From Octopus bimaculoides (lineage: Eukaryota): a stretch of DNA of 41,955 nt. Below the pieces are notes generated by a model, which did no database searches, was not told the origin of the DNA, and saw only the letters and a list, made by a program, of their open reading frames with translations. The stretch spans positions 18,649,662 through 18,691,616 of the forward strand of contig NC_068996.1 of NCBI RefSeq assembly GCF_001194135.2, read 5' to 3'. Positions 24,590-35,124 of the stretch are shown in pieces. The position numbers and the translations under genes are program-made. Numbering within the stretch: the stretch's first letter is position 1; each line of letters opens with the position of its first letter.

Positions 24590-25400
24590 TAGACGTTGTC
24601 GTTGACTTATCTGCTGTTATTTACCCCCACGTCATCCCTCTATCCTGGAACCCTGTCTTTTCCTTTCCCCTCTCCCATATTCTTCACAATCCTTTCTTCA
24701 CCTACCCCGCCCACCCCTACTTTTTCCTGCTCTTTTTTTTTTCTTATTCCTGTTTTACTCTTTTCTGTAAAAAAAAAAAAGAAAAAAATGTATTTCCTAT
24801 TTTCACAAATTTNNNNNNNNNNNNNNNNNNNNNNNNNNNNNNNNNNNNNNNNNNNNNNNNNNNNNNNNNNNNNNNNNNNNNNNNNNNNNNNNNNNNNNNN
24901 NNNNNNNNNNNNNNNNNNNNNNNNNNNNNNNNNNNNNTTTTTTTTTTTTTTTTTCAAGGTCCCGCCTCCCTACTCCTCCTTTCAAATTGTCTTTCGTTTT
25001 GTTATCCCCACTTTTTCCTCTTATTCTCTCCTCTTACTTCCTCACCTTTCTTTTCTGCTTTTATTTTCTCCACTCTCTCTCTCACACACACACCTTTTCT
25101 GTTATCGCTCTCTTCCCATTGCACCTCCCTCTTCTCATTTCCCTCCCTTATTAGTCTCTTTCTACTCCTGTTTCCTTCTTTCTTATCCCTCAAAACACTC
25201 ACTTTCATCTATTTCTCTCCCCCATCACCCCCCTCTCTCTCTCTACATGTTTACTTCTTTCTCCTTATCTCCCCTTATCGTTTCTCTCTGCTATAGAAAT
25301 CAGTCTTTCCCTCCTCCTCCTTCACCCCTATGTTGTTACTATTCTAATATACGTTTTATTAATATTCCCCCTCCTGCTCCCCACTTACCTCCTGCATAAT
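24590..25400. repeat. Pyrimidine-rich low-complexity region (gap 24813-24937)
   Basis: Strong C/T bias on the plus strand; explains the 267-aa S/P/L/F ORF. Confidence 0.85.
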
Positions 25401-25551
25401 TTTTCCTCACAAAATCGCCATATCTCTTCATAAGGGTGGGAATGAAATTTGCTTAGAGGACCCAAACCTAGGTCCAAAACTTTTTACAAACTTGGTCGAT
25501 TTTTTTTTCAATCTTCAATATCAAAACAAACACAGGTGTAATAATAATTAT

Positions 25552-25755
25552 AATCCTTTCTACTAAAGGTGCTAGGCCTGAAATTTAGTGGGAGGGGACT
25601 AGTTGATTTCTATTGACCCCAGTGTTTCACTCGCACTTAATTTATCAACCCTCAAAGGATGAAAGACAAAGTCGACTTCAGCTGAATTTGAACCCAGAAC
25701 ATAACGACGGGCAAAATACCACTAAGCATGCTAACGATTCTGCCAGCTTACTGCC
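25552..25755 (-). mobile_element. SINE family C, near full length
   Basis: aatcctttctactaaaggtgctaggcctgaaattt..ggatgaaagacaaagtcgacttcagctgaatttgaacccagaac..ctaacgattctgccagcttactgcc; flanked by (aat)/(cat) repeats. Confidence 0.9.
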
Positions 25756-25817
25756 ATCATCATCATCATCATCATAATAATAATTTATAATAATAATAAT
25801 TTATAATAATAATAATA

Positions 25818-25854
<37 letters not shown>

Positions 25855-26134
25855 TCGTACATCAATCATATCAGATAAATCCAGTAATGAAAATGTAATG
25901 TTTCAAATCAGTCCAAAAATAATTCTATGCTTGTTCATTTTGACCAAGTTTTCAGGAGGATGTTTAATGCATCTTCATTGTTCCTCACAAAAAAAAAACA
26001 AAATAAATTGTACCCTTGCAATCCCCTGTTCCTGAGCCAATGTATCTCTTTTGTTTTTATTTCAATATTCATTTTTGTAACCACATCTGATATAATCATT
26101 TGAATGTTGAATGTCTGGCAATATTTGTTCAAGC

Positions 26135-26410
26135 CCTACTCACTGTTGCCTTTCATCCCTCCAGGGTCATTAAAATAAAGTATTGGTTATTTGAGGTTGT
26201 GTAAATTCCACATCCTATACCCGTCTTTTATATTGCTCCCTCCCCTGGTGGCAAATAAAAATCATCATCATTGGAAGAATTGCTAACATGCTGGACGAAA
26301 TGCTTTATGGAATTTCTTCTGGCACTTTGCATTCTGAGTACAAATTCTGCTGAGGTCAACTTTGCCTTTCATCTTTCAGGGTTGATAAAATTAACATAGC
26401 AGTCAAATAT
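26135..26410 (+). mobile_element. Two decayed SINE pieces carrying the Nin/Deu-like domain
   Basis: gttgcctttcatccctccagggtcattaaaataaagta (about 26145) and ctgaggtcaactttgcctttcatctttcagggttgataaaa (about 26350) after a family C head. Confidence 0.7.
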
Positions 26411-26480
26411 GCAAAAAAGACTTAGAGTTTCGTAGACAGAAACTGTACAGAAATCCAGCACGTGTGTGTGTGTGTGTGTG

Positions 26481-26663
26481 ACTTGTTTCAGTTATTTGAT
26501 TGCAACTATGTTGGAGCACCACGTTGAAAGGTGTTAGTTGAACAAATCGACCCCAGGACTAATTTTTAAGTCTAGTACTTTATTCTATCAGTGTCTTTTG
26601 CTAAACTGCTAAGTTATAGGGACGTAAACGCATCAACACCAATTGTCAAGCGGTGATGAGAGA

Positions 26664-26703
<40 letters not shown>

Positions 26704-26850
26704 ACACACACACACAAGACAGGCTTCTTTCAATTTCTGTCGACCACATCCTCTCGCAAGGCTTTGGTTAACCTGAAACTATAGTAGAAAACACCTGACT
26801 GAGGTGCCACACAGTAGGACTGAACCCAGAACCATGTGGTTCAGATGCAA
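26481..26850 (-). mobile_element. SINE family A copy (CpG-depleted)
   Basis: acttgtttcagttatttgattgcaactatgttggagcacc..(ca)n..ggcttctttcaatttctg..gactgaacccagaaccatgtggtt. Confidence 0.9.
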
Positions 26851-26869
26851 AATATAGAAAGAGAGATGT

Positions 26870-27022
26870 GTGTTTTTTTACATCCCTTTAACTTAGTGGT
26901 TCAGCAAAAGTGTTAGAATAAGCAGCAGACTTAACAAAAGAAAAGTACTGAGGTCAATCCATTTGAATAAAACCCTTCAAGATGGTGCCCCAGTATGACC
27001 ACAGCTCACTGAAACAAGTAGA
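26870..27022 (+). mobile_element. SINE family A 3' fragment
   Basis: taacttagtggttcagcaaaag..aagtactgaggtcaatcc..gtgccccagtatgaccacag..ctgaaacaagta. Confidence 0.8.
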
Positions 27023-27456
27023 AAATAATTCACTTTTGTCATAACATGAAGAAATATTTAATGTGAAGATTATCAAGAATAAATATTTTCTTTTGTCACC
27101 CTATTTTGTAGTTTTAAATTTTTTTTATTCAGCCTTTTTTTTATTTCAAGCATTCAAGATAGTTTGTATTAAATCAGGGGATTTATAAAGAAAAAAAAGA
27201 GTTTGAGTGAGTTGACAGTTCCAACTTGCAATGTTTCTCTTTTCTTTTCATTGTCATTTTTTTTTCTAGCCAACATTACAAAAAAGAAGGAATCAAAATC
27301 TCTTGGAATACTCTGTTTTCCTCTTCTGAGACAAACTCAGTTACAACTAAAGAAAGCTTAAGAAGGAAAATTAACTGCCATTATTGCTATAAGTCAATCA
27401 ATGATGCTAATAATAATTAAAAAAAAAGACTGCCTTGTCTTTCCTTCTTACATCAA

Positions 27457-27491
<35 letters not shown>

Positions 27492-27820
27492 TCACTGCCA
27501 TCATCAAAATCAATATTCTTTTCTGATAAAGCTACAGAAGAAGTGTGCTATATCCTCCAACCAGTGCCACATCTATGACAGTACCATCATCATTTGCAAT
27601 ATTATTTTCCTTACCGTCCCATTTTACATAAGTAAATTTTACAATGTCATAATATAACTTTTGTTTGTTGCCCTTATAGCTAATAAAAGAAATCATTAAT
27701 ATGACCATATTGGATGGAGAAAAGTAAGGTCATTCCCTTTGCTCTTGAAGAACAGGTGATCTCATCTTCATGACATAAAAATTCTAGTCCACTCTATTTT
27801 GGAAAATTTTCCTGACATAT

Positions 27821-27976
27821 AGACGTAGGAGTGGCTGTGTGGTAAGTAGCTTGCTTACCAACCACATGGCTCTGGGTTCAGTCCCACTGCGTGGCACCTT
27901 GGGCAAGTGTCTTCTGCTATAGCCTCGGGCCGACCAAAGCCTTGTGAGTGGATTTGGTAGACGGAAGAAGCCCGTC

Positions 27977-28010
<34 letters not shown>

Positions 28011-28220
28011 GTTCGTGTGTCTGTGTTTGTTCCCCCAACATCGCTTGACAACCGATGTTGGTGTGTTTATGACCCCCATAACTTAGCGGTTCAGCTAAAG
28101 AGACCCATAGAATAAGTACTAGGCTTACAAAGAATAAGTCCTGGGGTCGATTTGCTCGACTTAAAAGGCGGTGCTCCAGCATGGCCACAGTCAAATGACT
28201 GAAACAAGTAAAAGAGTAAA
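27821..28220 (+). mobile_element. SINE family A, full length, relatively young
   Basis: agacgtaggagtggctgtgtggtaagtagcttgcttaccaaccacatgg..(ta)(tg)..ggcggtgctccagcatggccacagtcaaatgactgaaacaagtaaaagagt. Confidence 0.95.
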
Positions 28221-28229
28221 TACCATGAT

Positions 28230-29290
28230 CGATTCTAATGTACCTTTGTCAATATGTGAGCCCTGGAAGTTGTCTTCCCCATGTGTGATGGAAAGGGGCT
28301 GAACTTGTGTGAAGTGCAAGTGATAGTGGAGATTTTTTCATACCATCTTGACTGTGCAATAGCAATGACATTGTGCCGTGGTGTTTTTCCTTTGTATGTG
28401 TGCCATACAATGTTCTATACTTCTTAGTGGCATTTTTTCTTCCAGTTTCTGCTGCTGTAGATTACAGAATTTCTTGAAGACATCATATTTCTCTCTCTCC
28501 TTCTTCAGTAGCTCTGGAAGTGGTATTAGACCTGCCCAACATTATTGTTGCTATATTTCTCTCAGTGCGCATACTTCCATTATTTCAAATATTCTTTCCT
28601 GGAAGTTATATGCTCAAGTGATAACTTCTTGAGGGGAAATTTGCAGTTATTCGTATGGGAACTGGTAATATTTGTGGTGGTGGTGGCAGTAGCAGAAGAG
28701 GTGGGGGCAGCAGCAGCTGTGGTGGTGATACATGTTGTTACTACACTTGTTGCTTTCACTGCATGACATCTATGGAAGACACTAAAATACTGCTAATTTT
28801 TTTTTTAATATCACCATCACTGTCTTATGGGACCAAGTATGCCCATGAATAGCCCTGATGCTTCCTCTGCATGTTGGAAAAGGCAACTAAAAGATGCTGA
28901 GGTTGGATTTGCACTCTGACCTCATAAAAACCCTTACCAAGTAACAGCTACCCAAACAAACCCTTGAACTGGAGGATTGTTGTCTAAGTGGTGCAAAGGT
29001 GTCATTTGCCAGGAATAGTAGGGAATCACCAACACATGGCAGATGCAGCAACACCCTGTTACTGCACATGCCCCCTTAAAAGTACTAATACTAAACCACC
29101 ATCTTCAACATAATGCAGGTGTTGCTAGTGATGGTGATAGCAGCTGTAATGTCTCTGCTACTCTCATAGACTCTTGAAGTGAGAGGTGAGAGTTTTCTTT
29201 TTCATTGTTGTTTTATTGAAAGGGAGGTGCTAACGTACTTCCTTCACTCTTCTGTTAATTTTTGCTCTTGTTTCTTTCTCACTTCCAGAA
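28230..29290 (-). mobile_element. Possible decayed 5' UTR/ORF1 portion of an L1/Tx1-type LINE
   Basis: Minus-strand frames give RKLSPLTSRVYESSRDITAAITITS.., a T/A/S-rich stretch VKATSVVTTCITTTAAAAPTSSATATTTT, then stop-interrupted YNFQERIFEIMEV..PELLKKEREKYDVFKKF and VWHTYKGKTPRHNVIAI. It looks like decayed coding sequence; the ORF1 assignment is inferred from layout and the neighbouring ORF2 piece. Confidence 0.4.
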
Positions 29291-29336
29291 CAAACAAACT
29301 AAAGATGCCTGTTAAAATCTTTATCTCTTATTGTCT

Positions 29337-29545
29337 ACTTGTTTCAGTCATTTAACTGTGACCATGCTGAGACACCACCTTGAAGGGTCTTAATCAAACA
29401 AATTGTTCCTGTAGGATTGGTACTTATTCTGTCACTCATCTCTCTTGGCAAACTACTAAGTTACAGGGACATAAACAAATCAATGCAAGTTGTCAAGTGG
29501 TGGTGGTGGGGTGGAGGAGTAAATGCAAACACAAAAACACACCCA
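29337..29545 (-). mobile_element. SINE family A 3' half
   Basis: tacttgtttcagtcatttaactgtgaccatgctg..aaactactaagttacagggacataaac..ttgtcaagtggtgg. Confidence 0.85.
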
Positions 29546-29549
29546 TAGG

Positions 29550-30670
29550 CAGCTACCAATTCCACTCAGTTTTCGTCCCTTCATGTCTAAGAGCATGCAC
29601 CTTAGCTCTGACAATGAAGCCTTCATGTTTTGCCTTGAATTGGTCAAGTGCCAATCTTGCTGTGAGCACATTGGTTGCAATGCCTTTTCTAAATGCCCTA
29701 TCTAACTTCCTGACTAGTTCTGCCTCTACTCTGTTTCTTTCTCCTGCTAGTCCTTTGTTAAACCTTATCAGTTCTATTCTAATTGATGAAGTTTAGCAAG
29801 GGTGAACCACCAGTTATTGTTGATGATTGCTCTCATTAACACCTGCTTAACCAATTCACTAATTTGTCTCTAAAACCTTTGCATGTTGGCAAGGATGCAT
29901 TCACCTTCCAGTAACTTGGTCCTGTCTATGGAGCCTATCTATGTTGATTGTACAAATCACAAATTTGTGGTCTGTGTAGCTGACTACTGTATGCACAGCC
30001 TATGCTGTCCTTATCTGCTTCTCCACAGAATACCCTATCTAGATATGATCTGTATGACCTGATGCAGTTTGACCAGGTCCACATTGGCACATCAGAGAAA
30101 TTCAGTCAATACCATTGTCCTGTCTACTGACCTCACACAGTCCCACCATGCATCTAAGATCCCGTTCCAATCTCCAACTAACGCTAAAAAGTGAAATGTT
30201 CCCAGAAAAGTTTCCAGATGCCTGAAGAAATCTGATCGTCCTGCCCCTGTCGGGGCATAGATGGCAGCTGGCTTGGAAGTATGTCCTTCACTGTTGGTTA
30301 CATCCAGCACCACCGACTTACTTTTCGGATCCAGGAAGATAGTCTGTATTATGAGGGCCAAATTCTTCTGAAAAAATATGCTTCTCAGACAATTTGCAGA
30401 TGAGTACATCTCATAGTCTCTGAAAATGAGTTTGAAATCTCATGGCTCAGAAATTCTTGTTTCACTAATGGCCACCACATGAGCATTCAGTGACCTTAGG
30501 TTGTTGAGCAAGTAACAATGTCTCCAAGGTGACCCCAGGCCACATGCATTCATGCTGCCTATTCTGAGTATGGCTTTATCATTGGAACAAGAATAAGAAT
30601 GAAAAGGAAAAAGTACTTGGATTTGGAGGGGATGCCTATCCCTCCAATTGGATTGGAATGTTTCCATCAA
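29550..30670 (-). mobile_element. Decayed L1/Tx1-clade LINE ORF2 fragment (AP-like endonuclease plus linker; no RT)
   Basis: Frameshifted translation contains LRIGSMNACGL..VVAISET, FLDPKSKSVVLDV, AIYAP..RSDFF..LALVGDWNGILD, WTW..SYLDRVF, SYTDHK, YWKVNASL and KHEGFIVRAK..EG, the ordered motifs of L1/Tx1 endonuclease and linker. Confidence 0.9.
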
Positions 30671-31230
30671 CAGATCACCAAGTATTCACTTGATGTTCCC
30701 TTAAAAATCTCTGATTACTTGTGGGAATTTGCTTTTTAGGTGTGCCTATGTGTCTTGTGTTTTTCAAATGGTTTGAGGTTGTTATGAAATCTGTTTATGT
30801 TACGTTGGTGTGTATTTTCATGTAATTCATAAAATCTGTGTTTTTTGTCCTTATTGCTATATAGTTTGTAATGATACTGTCTTTACATTGTATTTTCTGC
30901 TACTGCTATTGTTGTTGTTGTTGTTGTTTATATGGGATGGGTTGTGTTTGTGATGTTGTTGGTTGAGGTACTGTTTCAGGTGTTTGTGGCAGTGGTGGTG
31001 ATATGGTGTCTGTTTCCAGTGTTTTTTTTTTTTTGCTTGTGGCTTTTATTTTTATCCTCTCCACTTTTTGTGTGAATGAAGATTGTTCTTTGGGTGTTGT
31101 TTCGTTTTTCTTCCTCTCTTTTATTCTTTGTTTTTCCACTCCATGTTCCAATCAGATTCACCACATCTCATGTCTGACCACTTGAAATTGGGGGTTGGAA
31201 TACCTTCTGCTGGAGCTGAGAAGTGACTCC
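30671..31230 (-). mobile_element. Possible ORF1 C-terminal remnant of the same LINE
   Basis: Directly upstream of the endonuclease on the same strand; fragments such as NFKWSDMRCGESDWNMEWK and a K/T/P/Q-rich stretch; no diagnostic motif. Confidence 0.35.
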
Positions 31231-31237
31231 AGTAGAC

Positions 31238-31460
31238 TAATGATGATGATGATGATGATGATAATAATAATAATGATTATGATGATAACAATCATAACAA
31301 CAATAATGATGATGATAGCAATAATAACAATAATGATGATCATAGTAATTATGATGATGGTGATAATAATAATGATAATAATAATAATAAAATGATAGCA
31401 ATAATAAGAAAGATTATAATAATAATAAAAATGATAATAATCACAATAATGATAATAGAA
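31238..31460. repeat. Mixed (AAT)/(GAT)/(AAC) trinucleotide array
   Basis: Explains the poly-I/M ORFs at 31158-31395. Confidence 0.95.
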
Positions 31461-31723
31461 AATTCATAATAGATTTAATATTTATAAGACGTATATATCT
31501 TTTTAATATGGCAGCAGTAGATTGTTATAATATTAATTCATATTCATTGCTAATTTAAATGTCTTGCAGAGAGCTTGCAGTGTCAAAGAAAGAGAGAGCA
31601 AGAGAAAGAGAGGCGGAGAGAAAGAAAAATGAGATAGAAAGAAAGAAAAAGAGAGGGAAATGAAGTTAATGATGAGTCATGAAAGAAGGGATTATTGCTA
31701 ATGTTACTCTCTATTCTTGTCGC

Positions 31724-31762
<39 letters not shown>

Positions 31763-32124
31763 ACCTTGAGAGTTGGTGTGTTCCTCAAAGAGCCAATAAT
31801 TACATTTGGTATGAGTCAGGCTGTGGGGGAGAGAAGGGTGGAAAGAGCAAGATAGAAGGCTTTTTCACAAATGTTACATTTTATTCCGACCCCAGAGCTG
31901 TTAGACATGATTCCTTCTGACAGGCAAGAATTTCATTCATTTCGTCTTGCTTTAGTGGTGTCTCTCTTAATTTAGGTCATGTTCGCATCAAGACATCACT
32001 GGCACATCTCTAAAGTTACTTGCAGGTACCCATGTCTACTGCAGGTAAACTGCACTGCATCTCATCATCATCATCATCAACATCGTTGTTGTTGTTGTTG
32101 TTATTATTATTATTATTATTATTA

Positions 32125-32545
32125 TAGATGTATGGAACTGGCAGAATCCTTTAAGCATTGGAAAAATGCCTTGTAAAATTTGTTCAGATCTTTGAGTTCA
32201 AATCTTGTCATAATTTACTTTGCCTTTCACTCCTCTAGGATTGATAATATTAAGAATTAGTGTTGTATTAATTAATTAATCTCATCTTCTCAGAATTTGA
32301 TGGCCTCCTGCCTACATTATAATTATTAGGGGTAGATTGGCACAGTTTGTGGTGTTGGAATAAAATACCTTGTGTTATTTCTTCTGGCTCTTAACATTCT
32401 GAGTTCAAAATCCCACTGAGGTCAATTTTGCCTTTCATCCTTTCAGAGTTGATAGAATATAACTCTAGTTAAGTACTGGTCTAGGATATCGACTTGCCCT
32501 TCCCCTCAAAAGTACAGACCTTGTGTCTAAATTAGAAATTGACAA
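32125..32545 (+). mobile_element. Two tandem decayed SINE family C copies (32125-32260 and 32330-32545)
   Basis: gaactggcagaatcc..gagttcaaatc..tttgcctttcactcc..gataat and ttctgagttcaaaatcccactgaggtcaattttgcctttcatcctttcagagttgata..ccttgtgtctaaattagaaa. Confidence 0.8.
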
Positions 32546-32594
32546 ACAAAAGCAAAACAATTGGATATTTCATAAATGAGTGGAATTGAACCAG

Positions 32595-32850
32595 TCATCA
32601 TCATCATCATCATCATCATCGTTTAATGTCCGCTTTCCATACTGGCATGGGTTGGATGGTTTGACTGAGGACTGGTGAAACCAGATGGCTGCACCAGGTT
32701 CCAATCTGATCTGGCAGAGTTTCTACAGCTGGATGCCCTTCCTAACGCCAACCACTCCGAGAGTGTAGTGAGTGCTTTTACATGCCACCGGCACGAGGGC
32801 CAGTCAGGCGGTGCTGGCAACGGCCACGCTTAAAATGGGTTTTTTTTTTA
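32595..32850 (-). mobile_element. SINE-like family E copy 1 ((GAT)n tail; Meta-like central motif)
   Basis: (cat)n-cgtttaatgtccgctttccatactggcatgggttgg..ggatgcccttcctaacgccaaccactccgagagtgtag; reverse complement of 37128-37299. Confidence 0.85.
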
Positions 32851-32959
32851 CCAGTGTGTGTGTTAATTATATTAGCATGATGGCTCTCATTAGGCACAAC
32901 AAAATGTATATAAGATTTCAATAAAAAGTCAATGGGGAAAAAAGTAGTAGTAGCAGTGA

Positions 32960-33165
32960 CGGAAACAGCAATGGTGGTGATGGTATCATTGCCAATGGTT
33001 GCATCAGTGGTTGTATCATGATAAAGCACATGATGACGGTTTCATTGATGGTATTGTTGATGATGGTAGTATCAGTGATATTGGTATTGATGGCTCTGAT
33101 GATGGTGATGGTGAAATTAATGGCGTTGATATTGGCTATGATGATGTTGATGTTAGTTGTGACTA
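32960..33165. repeat. Degenerate (GAT)/(GGT) trinucleotide array
   Basis: Explains the M/V/L ORF at 33018-33242 and the T-rich ORF at 32778-33029. Confidence 0.85.
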
Positions 33166-33344
33166 GCTATCTTTGGAGAAATTACAGATCAATAACCATT
33201 GTATTACGCCAAAATAAAATGAATAAAATTCAGGGACACTAACTATGATATTCTTCAATACAGCACTAACTAAAGTATTCTACATAATAGATTCATATAC
33301 ACTCAATCATCTTTTTATATATTTAATAAAGAATACTTTATAAT

Positions 33345-33510
33345 AGGTGCTGGCATGGGTGTGTGGTAGGAAATTTGCTTCCTGACCACATGGCTCCTGG
33401 GTTCAGTCCCACTGCATGGCACCTTGGACAAATATCTTCTGCTATAGCCTCAGGCTGACCAAAGCCTTGTGAGTGTACTTAGTTGATAGAAACTGAAAGA
33501 AGCCTGTTGT
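33345..33510 (+). mobile_element. SINE family A 5' half
   Basis: ggcatgggtgtgtggtaggaaatttgcttcctgaccacatgg..gggttcagtcccactgcatggcaccttgg..gaaactgaaagaagcctg, then (tg)(ta)n. Confidence 0.88.
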
Positions 33511-33537
33511 GTGTATGTGTGTGTGTGTGTATAAAAG

Positions 33538-33582
<45 letters not shown>

Positions 33583-33596
33583 TGTGTGTGTATGTG

Positions 33597-33634
<38 letters not shown>

Positions 33635-33876
33635 AAACAAACTATAGAAAGAGAAAATGGAATTCATGAGATTCTTTATTAATCACAATGATCATTTCAA
33701 CCCATCTTGCTTCGATTCTTTGCGGGTGAGATACTATACAGCTGATTGTAGTTCATCCATTGGTGCAGATGTGCCTTGTCAGGTGACTTTTCAAAAGGTA
33801 TCTCATTCAGTAAACTCAGTTTCACTTGGTTTAGTTTTACAGCATGTCGCTATTTGCTTGTGGTTGGTTGCCCACC

Positions 33877-33907
<31 letters not shown>

Positions 33908-33921
33908 CATACACACACATA

Positions 33922-34113
33922 AGTGTGTATCCTTTGTGTCTATGTTTGTTTCCCACCACTGCTTGGCAATTAGTGTTGATTTGTCCCCAGTAACTTTGCA
34001 GTTCAGCTAAAGAAATTGATAGAATAAGTACTGGGGTCTATTCATTCAGCTAACAATTCTTCAAGGCAGTCCTCTAGCATAGCCACAGTCTAATATCAGA
34101 AATAAGTAAAAGA
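33922..34113 (+). mobile_element. SINE family A 3' half
   Basis: tgtgtctatgtttgtttcccaccactgcttgg..gtaactttgcagttcagctaaag..aagtactggggtctattc..ctagcatagccacagtc. Confidence 0.82.
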
Positions 34114-35124
34114 AAAAGATATATTACAAAATAACAAACAAGATTTTAATAGGTTTTGACACTGCAGTTATTAGCTGTGATCTGGAGTTTTCTCCATAAT
34201 GGTTGCAGCACTTAAAGACTGGGAAATTAAGAAAACTAGAAATTCGGTTATGTAAAATTCCTACCACTGATAACTTGTCTAAGGGAGTCTAGGTTCTTTC
34301 AAATAGCTTCTAAAGCATCAATTTTTTTTCCATTAGGCACAAAGTTATCTCTCTCTTTCTCTCTCTCTCTCTGTAAGTACGCATGTGTGTATTAATCTAT
34401 GTACCTCTCTCTCTCTCTCACACACATTTAGGGAGATGGATATTGGGAGAGTGTAATCTTCATGCTCTTTTTTCCTCTTAGTATTTTCTCAAGAGGCATA
34501 TATTGATTGAAGCTACATGAGAGACTGTGATTCTTGTAATGTTCTTCTTTAGAGTTCACTTTAGAAACTTCTAAAATGTTTACTTCCTTCAGCTACACAG
34601 ACCACAAAGAAATTGTACTTAGAAAGAACACAATAGAAAGACAAGGTATTCATCCCTCTTCCAAAAAGTATTGACAGTATATTTGATGTGAATTAGGCGA
34701 TTGAGTGAGTTTACATCTTTGTTCCTCTCTGTGAAGTACACATTTTCCCAAAACTCCTACTACCTAAGTCAGTCCAGAACTGGTAGAACTATGAGCAAAA
34801 GTGTTCCAGATATGACCATCCACTTTTTTTCTTAAGTACACTGCATCCAGACAACATTATTGAATATGTATGCTTTCTTTCTTTAAGGCAATAGGTTCTG
34901 TGATATGAAGATTTGTTTGTTTTAGCTAGGTGTTCTAGCAACTATGTACTTTCTTTCAAAGGCTTGTTTTCTTATCTGTTTGTCTTTGGTGTTTTGTCAT
35001 TATTTATTCCCCATTACATGTGTTTAATTTCCTAAAAGAAGTTAGAAAGGAGTACATATTTATATATATAAAAAAAAGAACATATAAAACATCTATTAGA
35101 AATTCATCAGATGGAAAATCAAAA

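Noticed and set aside
4278-24985. Long ORFs containing X runs (for example 4278, 7116-7811, 10409, 12595, 15381, 21878, 23026, 24640; also 38437-39121)
   Set aside because: They stay open only because they cross N-gaps and flanking microsatellites.
24596-25399. 267-aa ORF, and similar ORFs at 17246-17740
   Set aside because: Pyrimidine low-complexity sequence plus a gap; composition is S/P/L/F only.
29380-29796. 138-aa plus-strand ORF
   Set aside because: Antisense shadow of the L1/Tx1 linker region joined to a SINE.
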